From NCBI GenBank assembly GCA_043228905.1, contig JBHGNT010000011.1, positions 11,222,001-11,286,000 of the forward strand: DNA of 64,000 nucleotides, in the 5' to 3' direction. Position 1 is the first letter of the stretch, and each line of letters starts with the position of its first letter. Positions 26,334 to 38,088 of the stretch are shown piece after piece. A program made the position numbers and the translations under genes. The notes under the pieces were generated by a model. The model searched no databases. It saw nothing but the letters and a program-made list of their open reading frames with translations, and was not told the origin of the DNA. The DNA is from Azolla caroliniana (Eukaryota; Plantae; Polypodiophyta).

Positions 26334-28641
26334 CTATGAATCTGCTGCCCCAAAGAGATTTAACAAAGATAGAAACAAGTTAATGATGTCCAAGTAGAGA
26401 GAAATAGATGCCCATATGTATTCATCATAGGTATATCTCTTAATCAAATTGTCAGTATCATATATTATGAAGCCACTGAATATGAGAGACGCAATCCCTC
26501 CGTATATCATAAGTGACAACCTTCCAAGTGGAAAAAATACCTGCCAAACATTTCAAAAGAGTTGAAAGAATGAGACCAAAATATCCTAATGAGTACAATC
26601 TCTTAAATCAAAATTACAAAGGGAAAAACATCAAAATACCCACAACTTTTGTTGCCCAAAATTTTCAAACGTTACTAGGATACCCACCCCTATGTTGTAC
26701 AATATATATGGGTATTCTGGCAATTTTTGAAAATTTTGGAAATACTCCCTAGCTTTCATAGTATTCCCAGAAAACCCCTTTGAAGTTGTGAACTTTCACT
26801 ACATAGGAGTATTTGGGTGTTTTATTTTTGTCTATTAAATAATAAATCCACAATACATTCCATTAATTCGTACCTGGATGAGAATGAAAAGGATGAGTAT
26901 AATGAGCCCGGAAAACAAGAATGGACCCAAAAAGCTGAAATCATAACCTCTCCTTGAAGCCCAAAATGTATATATAGTCAAAGCGATCACCACTGCCGTT
27001 GTCAACAATGCAGATTCCCATATTATCTCACCTAAAACATTTTGTATAGCATAATGTATTAAATGAATACTCAAGAATACACCACCTTTTGAACAAAGAG
27101 AAGCACTCAAATGGCATACATATATATGAGGGAGAGGAGAAACATCAAGATATTCCTCAACTTTTCCGACATTTACTAAAATACCTCGGGAAACTTTGGG
27201 GCGTTATGGTAGATACACAAAAATGTTGGGGCTATTTTGGTATCTTCTCTTATACTTGGTGTTAACTTCCGATACTTGCACTTTTTACTTCGAGTCTATT
27301 TTCTAGTAAAACATATGTAATAGCGTACCTCTAGTGAAAGCACAAGTTATGCCGATGGTGACACTGATAGAAATTGTGAATAGTGCAAGCAGCACTAGGT
27401 TAATTGGGTGCTTTTGCCGATAGTAGTACAACGGGCAAAGAACTGCAAAAACATTTGACATAGAATGTAAGTATCCAAAAATGGATTGTTTATTAAGGAA
27501 GTCTGAATGTAAAATCAATTTTCTAGTTGATATAGAATGTGGATACCCCAAAAAGAATAAATCTCTAATGAAATGTTTAGCAAAAAAAACTCCTTCAGGT
27601 GTTAAGCTTTTCTTACAAATACCGTGGCAGAGAAATTCGGAGTTTTTTTTAATTAGACACAACAGGGCTTCCCGAGTTCATACATAGCTCAAATCACAAT
27701 CTTTCTGAGGAGACTCAAGCCGTAAAGTCTATGCAAGGAGAGGTAAATTTATTCTTAAGTCGCTGCAATCGAGCCATAAACAAAATGGATGAGGATAGAC
27801 AGAAGAAAATGAAGAATCCATCCCATCTGACATACCAGTGGAACAAAATCTATGAACTGCATGAAGTGGAAATACAGAAGGTACAAAGGAAAACAAAAAC
27901 AAAAACAGAAGTATGTATTCGAGGCTGTTCACAAAAATGTTTATTTACTTGTCGGATCCTTCATGATGGACATGAAAAGATAAGGTGAGGGTAGACAGAA
28001 AAAAAATGCAGCGGAAATGAATGATACTTTTTCATAATGGACTGCAATTATACAGCAAAACTAAAGAAAGTGAATAAAACGTATCACGAATACGCAGACC
28101 AAAATGCAGAGAAAAATGGAAGGCCACATATTAACAATCAGTCGCAATATAACTGAATCCATAGAAAACCCTAAAAGACGTGAATTAGCAAAACAGACAT
28201 TCGACAGGCAAAAGGAAATAGCCATTTGAGAACCCTCACATTATGTCTACTTGCTGTCAAACATTAGCTGCAGATTAGACAGGAATAAAGAGACTTACGG
28301 ATGAAGGGCAAGAAAACCATGGCGATGAGTAGACCTGGTGTCCGGACTAAGAAGAGAGCGAGGGGATGATAGAAGACAACAACACCCGCTATTGCGACAG
28401 TGAGAAGGAGCTGCATGAAGAGGATGGAATAGACTTTCCTTATTAAATTCCATCGCCTTCTATTCTCATCAGCATCAATGTTGTGATAAAGCATCATATT
28501 ATTAGTATTCTGTTGTTGTTGTTGTTGTTGTTGTTGTTGATAATAAGGTGGAGCCAGTAGAGGAGGATTGGACATATTATGATTTTCAGTATTATTCTTG
28601 TACCCTAATTCGATGTCAGGGTTCTGATGATCCATAGCCAT
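26334..28641 (-). CDS. Bax inhibitor-1/TMBIM family, LIFEGUARD (LFG)-like membrane protein, 273 aa
   Basis: Four GT-AG exons, 28299-28641, 27329-27442, 26874-27031 and 26334-26540, total 822 nt in frame. Motifs RWNLIRKVYSIL..QLLLT, LCPLYYYRQKHPINL, GYDFSFLGPFL, IIYDTDNLIKRYTYDEYIWASISLYLDIINLFL. N-terminal polyQ from (CAA)n. Confidence 0.95.
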
Positions 28642-29769
28642 GGATTAGGTCAATGTAAAATAGTTGGCAGGAAGGTGGTGGCAGTGTTGCCTTTTGACGG
28701 CTAACATTGCCTGTCAATGTAAAAATAGTTGGCAGGAAGGTGGTACCGTGGTGGTGCAAGAGAAGTTAGGAATCGAAGATCGATCAAGCAAAGCAAGCAA
28801 TCTAAGCAAGAAAGAAAGAAAGAAAGAAAGAAGAGAGAGAACGCGAGGCAAAGGAATTGAAGCTTCCCTGACGCGTTTTTACGTATAGAGAGAGAGAGAT
28901 AAGCATCATCTACTTCTCAAAGAAATCGACCAAACCAAAGAAGGAAAGAACGTAAGAAAGAAGGGAAGGCGAGAAAGCATGCAAGTGAAGCATACATACA
29001 AATACCATAAAGAAGGGAAGGCAAAAGCATCGACCTCTATAACTCCTACCATATCATCAAGAGGCCTCCCTTCGTGGTTGGCGAGGGAGGCCACGGACTG
29101 TGCAGGGCTATGGGCCCAGGTGTAGTCCAATGTGGGGAAAAAAAAAACGGGAGCCTGAGAAGCCCGACCATTCAAATGGCAGGAGCTCGACTCATTGGGG
29201 ATACACATTGTTGCAGGAGCCTGGCCGTCGCAGGAGGAGCCCGACCATTCAAATCTCAGGAGCGAGACTCATAATTGGAGCCCTGTTGCATGGTTGTAAC
29301 ATATGTAGCATACCGTACGTGTACAATACGTATGTTACGTATTTTATAAGTATTTTAAATTATTTTTATAAGTTCTTAGAATACGTATTTAAAGGTAAAA
29401 TATGTAGAGTTCGTTGAGTACGTTAAATACGTTGAATACTTTAACACCATTGATGTTGAATGCAAAGATACCGGGATTTGAATAGTATTTACTATATAGT
29501 AAATACAAATTATCTTTATTTCCCATGGATAACACATGGTTATCTATGTTTCAATACATGTGGTATACATATTTTAAAATGAAAGTGGAGATTCAAGAAT
29601 CAAGAACATAATTGAATTTTGAATCAAAACACATATTATTTCAATCCTCATAGAAAATGAATAAAGTAATAAAAAAACTATTAAAATTTAAAACTTTCTT
29701 CATACTCATAGTTATTGGTTCTTAAATTCAAATAAATATGTAAAAACCAACAATCCATGCAATTTTCGA

Positions 29770-32700
29770 TTATGTTTCTTCTTCAACATCATCATTAGAA
29801 GATTCCGTTGTATCATCATAGTTGTCCACATAATCACTATCTGAAGATGAATCAACTATGGCATTGTCAATGTCTTCATCCTCTTGATCTCCATCATCAT
29901 TTCCATATTCAGCATTGCAAGCCTCAATTGTAGTTTGTCCAGTATTTATCCTTCTTGTACTTGCAAATCTCGTGCAAACTCTTCTAATAGTGCTAGATCT
30001 TGATCCCACCAATCCTTCATCCACAATCATATTGGCAAACTTAGATCTACTTGGAGTAACCCGACCAATATGCATAGCCTCTACTTCCTCAAAATATGCT
30101 TGTGCGACTTGAGTATCAATATTGGTTGTTGATGGAGGCATTTCAACAGTCTTGTCAATGTCTATCTCATCAGGATTTACCTAAATCAAATAATATTTAC
30201 CAATTAACAAGGTTTGTTAATTAACCTACAAATGATTTTCTAAACATCAACTTTCAAGTGTCAAACATGAGTAAGAAAGATGTAGACCTGCATGAGTTTG
30301 AAAGCTTCGAATAAGCCTTAAGTTTTCTCTAACATATACTAATCTCTCCACTTGTTTCACCTTCAAACGGTGTCGTGAAGAAAACCATCCCTAGGCGGAA
30401 ACCGAGTTTAGCATGTGTAAACCGGCCCTTACACGCGAGCGCACTTTTCGTTGTAGAGTAAGTAGGTAGGTACAAGTCGGCTGAGGTGAAATCCCAGGTA
30501 GCACGCTTTCAATAGGGAGAGAATCGAACTGTATCTCTGTTCGAAAGGACAGAGAATTAATATGATGTAACGGGTGATAACGGCCTCCCTCCTTGGGCTA
30601 TAAAAGAGAGGGAGAGGAATGAAAAAGGGAGAGGCGCTAGAGAGGACGAGGTGCTGCCGGACTGGGACAGAGCGCTTCTTCTCTGCCACTCGCCATAGCC
30701 ATCCTCACGCAGGCTTTCGGGAGGCTGACTCTGCTCCGCGGAACGCCCGCGTGCTTCTGGCAGAGACTCCATCTCGCTCTTCTGTGTGGGTGTGTGAGCA
30801 GGCGTCGGTGTCCGCCTTGCCGGCCTGTTAGTTGTAACCGTCTTGATATTTATATACATTTATATACATACATGTTCATATACTCAGACTTCGAGTTGTC
30901 TCGTTTGCTGTGTTGTTGGACTATGATTCTTGTGTGCTCCCGTGTCAGTGCGTGTGCAAGTGCGTTTGTTGCCTTTCCGTTCTCCTCCTTCTCAGCTATT
31001 TCTCGGTCCAAGGCCCCGGTGGTCCCGCCTCGTTCTCCATGCACGCGCGTAACAACGCGAGAACGGTTCCTCCTTTTTGTATGTGCCAATGCATGTGCAT
31101 TCCAATTTCTTTCAGCAGCTCCAGAAGAGCAATCCTATGACACAAAGTATTAAGCAAACAATACATGTCATTGTAGAAGATTAATAAAATTGAAACATTA
31201 ATAAAAAAATGAGTTATAATACCTGAGACAATACTCTACAAGCTAATGACTGTAGCAAGGGCACATTGTCTCCATATCTTTCCCACCATGAAACAGGTTT
31301 ACATTTTGCAATGTGTGACTTTGATAGCTCATTGCTAAATCGGCCCACACCATTTCTATACATGTCAAATTGATCTTGCAAGATTTCACATTCATTTATA
31401 GAATATACTTTTTGAATATATGGAAGCCATCCATCCGTCATCTCTGCATTCATAATAGTTGGTTTATCTTTGGGCTTCCATAAAGGATGCAAAATATGTG
31501 CAACAATATGAATTGGCTTTTTGAACCACGACCAACGACAATCAAAACATTCCAAAACCTCTTTATATCTCCATTAACATTTGACAAACTTAAATCAAAA
31601 CTGGAAATCAGTTACTGAAATATGCATAATACAGACAACAACAATGATTCAAAGAAATGAAAAAGATGCAATAAACAACAATTGTACATACTACATAGTA
31701 CATAAAAATAATAATATTAGAATAGAAACATATTACCTGTCCTTGTGTAATGTGTCGTCTCTTGCTCCTCGTTCCAATGTGTCTCTAGCCCTCCTCATGA
31801 ACTCATAAAGTAAGCCCATTGTAGATCCTTCATGATCAGTTAGCCGCAAAACAGAAAATAGTGGACGCATAATCGAAATTACAATCATAATTGAAGGCAA
31901 AGTAGAGCTATCTTGCACAATGGACTTCACCTTGACAACATCTGGCCTTTTGGAGTCACTCTAATCCTCCCAATAGTTACTAACCACAGTTTGTTCTAGG
32001 GCTCTCCAAACTCTTGCCAGCCTCTCAAGGACAATAAGGATATAGCCAAATCGAGTGGCACTTGGCCTAAGGAGCACAAGAGATGAGTAGTTGCTGAAAA
32101 TTTTTCGTGCATTCCTTTTCTTGGTGAATAGTCTAACCACATAATTTGCTCTCTTGTGCACTCCACGAACCCAAGACAACTTCCCAATATCCTCTAGCAA
32201 TAAATCTAAACAATGTGATGCACAAGGAGTCCATACAAGGCCTGGGAATTTAGTCTCTAGAATGTGACCCATGCTAACACAATTAGATGCATTGTCAGTG
32301 ACAATTTGCACCACATTTTCTACTTTTACTTCATTTATTGTAGTTGATAGCATTTCAGCCAACCATGGACCGTCGACCCTTGTAGAAACACCACTACAAT
32401 CAATAGTTTTAAGGTACATAGTGCCATAACAACATGAGACCAAAATATTCACAAGTGCTCGCTTGCTAGTGTCAATCCATCCATCTGAAAGTATGGTAAC
32501 TCCATATTTTGGCCAAAGGGCTTTCACATTTTCCACTTTGTGTTGCACATTCAAATGCTCTTTCTTTAAATATTTAGCTCTTAAATCATTGTAGGTAATA
32601 CCACTATACTTTTCCCCAATATCAGAGAAAGCTAGCAACATGTTCCTCCAACATGACATTTTCAAAAGATTAAAAGATAGATTACCTTCCATAATGCATC

Positions 32701-33220
32701 TAACCAACATTGTGTTTGCATGGTCTTTCTTGATCAACATAGCAGCATTTGATCCTCTCCTTATCGTGCTTTGAGTGAGACCTTTTCTTCTTGAACCTTT
32801 TGTATCTTCAATATCAATAGGAATTTGGTCTATTGAATCCTTCTTAGATGAGGCACTTATGCTAGCCATTGAAGGTTGTGATTGGAACATTGAATCAACC
32901 ATTGAATCCACAATGCCTTCTTGAAGCTCAATTTGTTGTTCCATGGCTTCCACTTCTTTAATGCGTTTTAGCTTCTTGCGAGTCAATTCACTTTCTTGTG
33001 CTACTACCATAGCCTCTTGATATGCCTCTAGAGTTACTTGCACACACTTGTCTATACCTTCACCTTTAATTCCAGCAAGGTGAGCAACTAAACGTGTTAG
33101 TGTCCTAGACCCATGAAAATCACATAATATACAATCCCAATAATAGTTCCCAGATGACTTCCCAGCTTGTCTGTTCACACAATATTTATCCCATAAGGGG
33201 GATTCCTTGCGTGGCATAGT
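29770..33220 (-). pseudogene. hAT transposase pseudogene (spliced)
   Basis: BED finger (LWDKY...CILC...RLVAHLAG...C), TILSDGW, VVQIVTDNASN, WTPCASHCLDLLLEDI, PSATRF, premature TAG at 31961, HILHP, SWWERYG, and dimerisation-domain SSGAAERNW...HTKRRNR|LKVKQVERLVYV split by the 30371-31062 insertion. Acidic tail. Confidence 0.9.
30371..31062 (+). mobile_element. Solo LTR (692 bp), TGTCGTG-ended, inserted in the hAT transposase
   Basis: Starts TGTCGTG, ends CGCGAGA (degenerate CACGACA). 4-bp TSD ACGG (30367-30370 / 31063-31066). Removing it restores the KRRNR-LKVKQ reading frame. TATA ctataaaag at about 30598. Confidence 0.88.
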
Positions 33221-35993
33221 TGATTGAGTATGACAAGTTCTAGAGATTCGAAGTTGTCTTTTATATTTTCCTAGATTCATGAATTCACAATGTTAAATAT
33301 GTGAATAAGGAAATCATGTGATGTAACAATGTAGGAAGAGATTGTTTGAATGATAAGCATAACCAAATGACAAATCTGAATGGAAGCTAGCTACCTAAGC
33401 AAATGGCATTCCATCCATATTAAGAGGAAAAAATTATTATTCATTAGAAATGAATTATAAAGAGCATCATATGAAACTTTTACCTGTGATATAGGTGTGC
33501 TCTTGAATGAAGAGACTATTCTTTGATAAGCCACCACAAGCTATCAATGTCTCTATCAGCCACCAACATTGTTATATTAAAGAAGGGATAGACACACATA
33601 TAACCAAACCATACATGTAACATGTTGAACTATACAATAGTCTATTTATGCATATAAATTAATGGAATTTGTGTTTTGATGAATTCAATAGGGAAAACTC
33701 CAAACAATCTTGGATGGTGTCGTGGCGGTGATTTAACATCTCTACCGAATCACCGATAATTAGCTTTTATCAAATTAATAATCATTGAAGAATGCTTGAG
33801 AAGAGAGTAAGAGTGTGGTATATAGAACACATTACATCGATTGACCATAAAGCTTATCATCCCCCATAAAGCTTATTCTTCGATAAAACAAAGAAGACTA
33901 AACTAGGGAGAACTAAGAAACTACTTATGCCTCCAAGTTTTGCAATATTTCAACAGAAAACGAGTGTAGGGAGAAATAAAGAAGCAATTTTCTGCAATAA
34001 CGCCTTTCCATAGATTGAGGAGAAGGAAGAAGTAATCTATCCAATGATTAAAGAATTTTATTTAGGCTTTTGAACCGAATAATTGTGACTAAATGAGGGA
34101 GAAAGAAGAGATTATTTCTTCCTAATTTAGTCCAATTTACTGCTTAATCATACAAGATCAATGGAAAGAAAGGAAATTCCTCCTTACTTACATCTAAGTT
34201 TATATTCAAGCAATTTCTCCTCAATTATGAATGCAAATCAGTTAATCAACAGAACTTGAAGCATTTTGACAGGAAAAAAGTCACTAAATTAGGGAGAGGA
34301 ATTCCTAATTAAGCCCATCCAATATGCATGCCTTCCAAAGAATTAACATTTTCAAGAACATCAAAAACTAAACAGGTGAATAAAGAGATAATTTCCTACA
34401 ATATATATACAAATTGCAGGTAATGAATTGAAGATTAATGGAGTCACATCAGATAATTAGTAGACGGATGACTCTTCAAAATTTTCATTACATGTAGGGA
34501 GAAGGAAAAAAGCAATTTTTCTCCTAAATAAGTTCACTTTTAGATCAAAATCGATAGATAGAGGTCGTTCAACACACTAAATAGAAGTTCCAATAAGAAG
34601 AATCAAGCAGAAATATATCCCTCAATCGACAGGAATTGATCTCTCTTGAGTTAACCGCAAACTAGAAGGTTGTTAAATTTCAAGAATTTTTTAAGAAGAA
34701 AGAAGGAAATCAATGAAGGAGAATATACCTTGTAGTATGTACGTTGAGCTCTTAAAAGGGAAGAAAGGGAGGAGGAAGAAGAAGGGATTCATAGCTTCAT
34801 AGTTTGGATTTCGTTTAAGAAGCTTCCATGTACCTGTGTAAAAACCTAGTGTCTACAAAATGCAAACACTGCAACACTCGTTACAAAAACCCCCAAATTG
34901 TTTTTTTTCATTATTAAAAAAAGCCCTAGAAAATTCATTTTTAAATTATTTACAAATTTAGGCTTACAAAAAATGGTAGTTCCAAAAGGTAGAATACGTT
35001 TAGAATACGTGTGGGTATTCTAAAACGTACTCTATTTATAAAATACGCGTTTTTTAACAACAAAGCCCTGTTGAATGCGGGTCTCTAATGGACGTATTCA
35101 CACTGTCTCCTTTTTGTACACACTAGGTCTAGGCTATTTATGTCAATAGTGAGAAGGGCAGTTGCCCTAAGTTAGTTAGTATATAAACTGACTTTGTAAC
35201 CTAGTTTTGTCGGTTGATATAATTTAGTTCATCTTGTGCTCACCGTCTCTCTCTCTCTCTCTCTCTCTCTCTCGCGTTCTAAGTGGCTCATTGTTCTATG
35301 TCTCTATTGCCATCAATCTACCTTGATTGTATTTGCTTATTGATCTTCTTTCAGAAGAGTGTTGATTTGTTCCGCACTAGATGACCGCGTTGTCGTGAGA
35401 ATCCGTTGTCGTGCCTTTCGGCTCCGGATCGTTGCGTGAGTCGGGTGGGAACCGCTGGGGTTTTGGACTAGGAAGAGGAGAGTTTTAAGGCTAATAAGAA
35501 TATAAATATGTTGTAAGAAAGAGTTATAGCAAACTCGTGAATCCCACGAGTGTATTGTATTAGATTAATCACTATGAATATAAGAATATAAACTTCGGTT
35601 GAAAGAGAATGATATAGAATTCTCGTGAATCCCACGAGTATAGTTTATTAATTGGTGTTTTTTAGAAACATATCCAGTTTCCAAATATTTTTCACACACA
35701 ATTACATTGTGCTCCCCATCCTTATGTAGTGATGGGAGAGACTAAGCATAGCTACATGTTTTTTTTCTAATATGTTCATGCACACTAAATGTGCATGTGA
35801 TGCTTTTCTAATCCTTGCTTTTATTTGCTAAATATAGTGCTCATGCACGCTAGATGTGCATGAGTCACTTTTTAGTCGCTTGCGTTTTTCTATAAAATAT
35901 TCACGCACTCTAAAAATACATGATTTACCTTTTAATAAAGGTAGGCGCAAATAAAGCACTTATAGTTATTAAATCTATTTATAGAACACTAAA

Positions 35994-36092
35994 GATAAGG
36001 TAGTGTAATGGTAAAGTTGAGGTTTGGCTACGTGGAGGTACAAGGTTCGAATCTTGCCCTATGCACGTGATAAATATCTTGATATATTATTT
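35994..36092 (+). promoter_or_regulatory. tRNA-like Pol III internal promoter (A box + B box + T-run) inside the LTR; second copy at about 38681-38780
   Basis: TAGTGTAATGG (36001-36011) and GGTTCGAATC (36044-36053) at tRNA spacing, followed by a T-run at about 36089-36092. Confidence 0.6.
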
Positions 36093-36548
36093 TATTTATT
36101 TATATGTAATTAAATCGGTTATATTATTTTTACTTTTTCACGTAGTGTACGAAATACACTACGACACTCGCCCCCTCCGAACCCGCACATCCTCCGGTAT
36201 GTGCCGAAGTTGCCGATGCTCGTTGTCTCCCCTTCATCCTCCGTTTGTTCCGCTATGTCAACTTTGTCTCTCCATTTTGAGTAGACCCATTCTTTCCACC
36301 CGAACCATTGTCGCCATCCGATCCACCATATTCTTTGTTCTCTCTCGTCATATTCTTGGCCCTTGTCATTCGTGGTAGTGTCTTTTACTGGCCTCTTTCT
36401 TGTCTTCATCAACCTTGACTTTTTTCCGGATCGCTCTCGTCCGATCAACTTTCGGTTTGATCGGCTTCCGATCGGATTCGTATTCGGCCGAATCGGAATC
36501 GGTTGTTCGGTTTCGATTGAGTTGGTCTCCTTCCGGCTCGGTTTCGAT

Positions 36549-38054
36549 CTATCGGTTTCGGTTTCGGTTGGCTTTCTTTTCCTCGTTTTCACCAGCCTCG
36601 ACCGGTCTAACCTCCGATTGAGTCGGATTAGCTTCTTTCCAGAATTTGTCTCGTCCGATTGGCTTTCGGCTAGGTCGGCTTCCATCCATATTCGCGTTCG
36701 GCCAAGTCAGACTCGGTCGATCGGTTTTGACCGAGTTGACCCCTTTTCGGGTCGGCTTTCTTTCGGGTCGGAATCCCGTCCGGATCACCTTCCATCCGAA
36801 CCGGCTTCCGACTTTACCTTTCTTGCCGCCACCTCCCGTCTCTCCGGTCTCACGTTGGTTCTCGGACACAACCGCCGAAGTCTCTAGAATTAGTGGGTAG
36901 GAATCCTCGGTATTATCATCCTCTGTCATTTCAACCATAGCCTCCTTCTTGGCTATCTCTCCGTCGTATGAATCGGCTTCGACCTTTGTTTTCTCTCCAC
37001 CACCTTCCGTCTCTTCGGTCTCACGTTGCCTTTCGAACGCAACCGCCGGAGTCTCTGGAATCAGTGGCGGGGAAGTCTCGATATGGCAATCCGCCATTGA
37101 TTCGTCCATAGCCACCTCCGATTCGATTTCGTCTTTTGTGGCTACCTCCTTAATCACATCCGCTTCACACTCTTTATCTGCATCAATTATGCAAACATCT
37201 ATTATGCTTACCCCTTTTTGGCCCGATGTCTCGAGCACTTGTATCCCGAAATTTCCTTCTACACTTGAATTATCGGCCTTATCCTTCGCCATCGTTCTTT
37301 CACAAGACGAGTGGGTGTCTTGTTCCACTCTTTCTCCCGTGGTACCATCATGTTGTATTTCGGCCTTCATATTGGCTTCATCGTTTTTCCTCAATCGACC
37401 ATCCTTCATGGGCCATGTCGTTGTTGACGAGATTCTCAGCTTCCTTTCATCATGTCTTCGGCATACCCTTTGGACTTCGGCCCAATCTTCGGTAAGACCA
37501 TTCGTACCTTCATCGTCTTCGAGTTCGATCCCGATGTCCATCCTTTCTTTTCGATCGATCAATTTTACGAACATTAGGACTTTATCTTCTCCCACCAATC
37601 GTTGTTCCCGCTCCGAGAGTCGAGCAAAACGATGCTCGAACTCTAGGAATGCTTGTGTTGCACTTCGGTGGGTCTTCTCCGATGCCACCCATTCGTCGAA
37701 TTCTCGCCGATCTTGTCCCTTCGATCTCTTGTAATCATATGACTCTCGTAAAGCTTCTTCGAATGATCCCCATGTCGAGTTTTGTTGCCGTATCTTGTGG
37801 ATTCTCTCTTGTAGCTCATCCGTGGCTACCCGACTGAAGGATATCACTTGCAATCCTTCCGGTATCCCACATCGCATCATCTCCCCTTTGTAGTCACGTA
37901 GATAGCGTGACACATCGTTTCCGTTGAATTGTCCGTTTCGTTGTACGAGCCGCTTTACTGCCCCCGTGATCTCCGACATCACTCGTTGTTCTTGTAGCAT
38001 CCGCTCGAACATCATCATCATCGTTATGCTCATTGCCTCTTGTTGATTCTCCAT
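36549..38054 (-). CDS. Gag-like protein with long acidic then basic low-complexity tail (about 500 aa)
   Basis: Uninterrupted ORF starting just after the PBS. Its N-terminal 150 aa align with the gag at 63553 onwards (MFERMLQEQR...LVQRN..FNG.DVSRYL..YK.EM.RC). Internal repeat PLIPETPAV / PLILETSAV. Confidence 0.8.
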   Translation of the reverse strand: MENQQEAMSITMMMMFERMLQEQRVMSEITGAVKRLVQRNGQFNGNDVSRYLRDYKGEMMRCGIPEGLQVISFSRVATDELQERIHKIRQQNSTWGSFEEALRESYDYKRSKGQDRREFDEWVASEKTHRSATQAFLEFEHRFARLSEREQRLVGEDKVLMFVKLIDRKERMDIGIELEDDEGTNGLTEDWAEVQRVCRRHDERKLRISSTTTWPMKDGRLRKNDEANMKAEIQHDGTTGERVEQDTHSSCERTMAKDKADNSSVEGNFGIQVLETSGQKGVSIIDVCIIDADKECEADVIKEVATKDEIESEVAMDESMADCHIETSPPLIPETPAVAFERQRETEETEGGGEKTKVEADSYDGEIAKKEAMVEMTEDDNTEDSYPLILETSAVVSENQRETGETGGGGKKGKVGSRFGWKVIRTGFRPERKPTRKGVNSVKTDRPSLTWPNANMDGSRPSRKPIGRDKFWKEANPTQSEVRPVEAGENEEKKANRNRNR

Positions 38055-38070
38055 CTCCTTGCCACCCGTC

Positions 38071-38088
38071 TTCACGTCGGGTTCACCA
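38071..38088 (-). promoter_or_regulatory. Primer-binding site complementary to the 3' 18 nt of cytosolic tRNA-Trp
   Basis: Plus strand ttcacgtcgggttcacca matches the recalled 3' end of plant tRNA-Trp(CCA) including CCA. It lies 5 nt from the LTR, and an identical PBS occurs at 63519-63536. Confidence 0.85.

Larger units (their letters stand above)
29289..35065 (-). mobile_element. hAT DNA transposon (BED finger + DUF659-type transposase), inactivated
   Basis: 8-bp TSD CCCTGTTG (29281-29288 / 35066-35073); imperfect TIRs catggttgtaa / ctttgttgtta; TACGT-rich subterminal repeats at both ends. Confidence 0.9.

Noticed and set aside
29103-29285. Small hAT MITE with CAGGGCT/AGCCCTG ends
   Set aside because: No TSD, and the right-hand 'TIR' overlaps the hAT TSD and the probable LTR start. 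Only an internal ~80-bp imperfect duplication is solid.
35994-36070. A bona fide tRNA gene
   Set aside because: A and B boxes are present, but I could not fold acceptor or anticodon stems. Reported as a tRNA-like cassette only.
36363-37837. Long plus-strand ORFs (174 and 261 aa) in the gag-only element
   Set aside because: Antisense shadows of the repetitive gag frame, with no recognisable motifs.
38071-38088. tRNA-Trp gene fragment
   Set aside because: Only 18 nt including CCA, adjacent to an LTR: this is a PBS.
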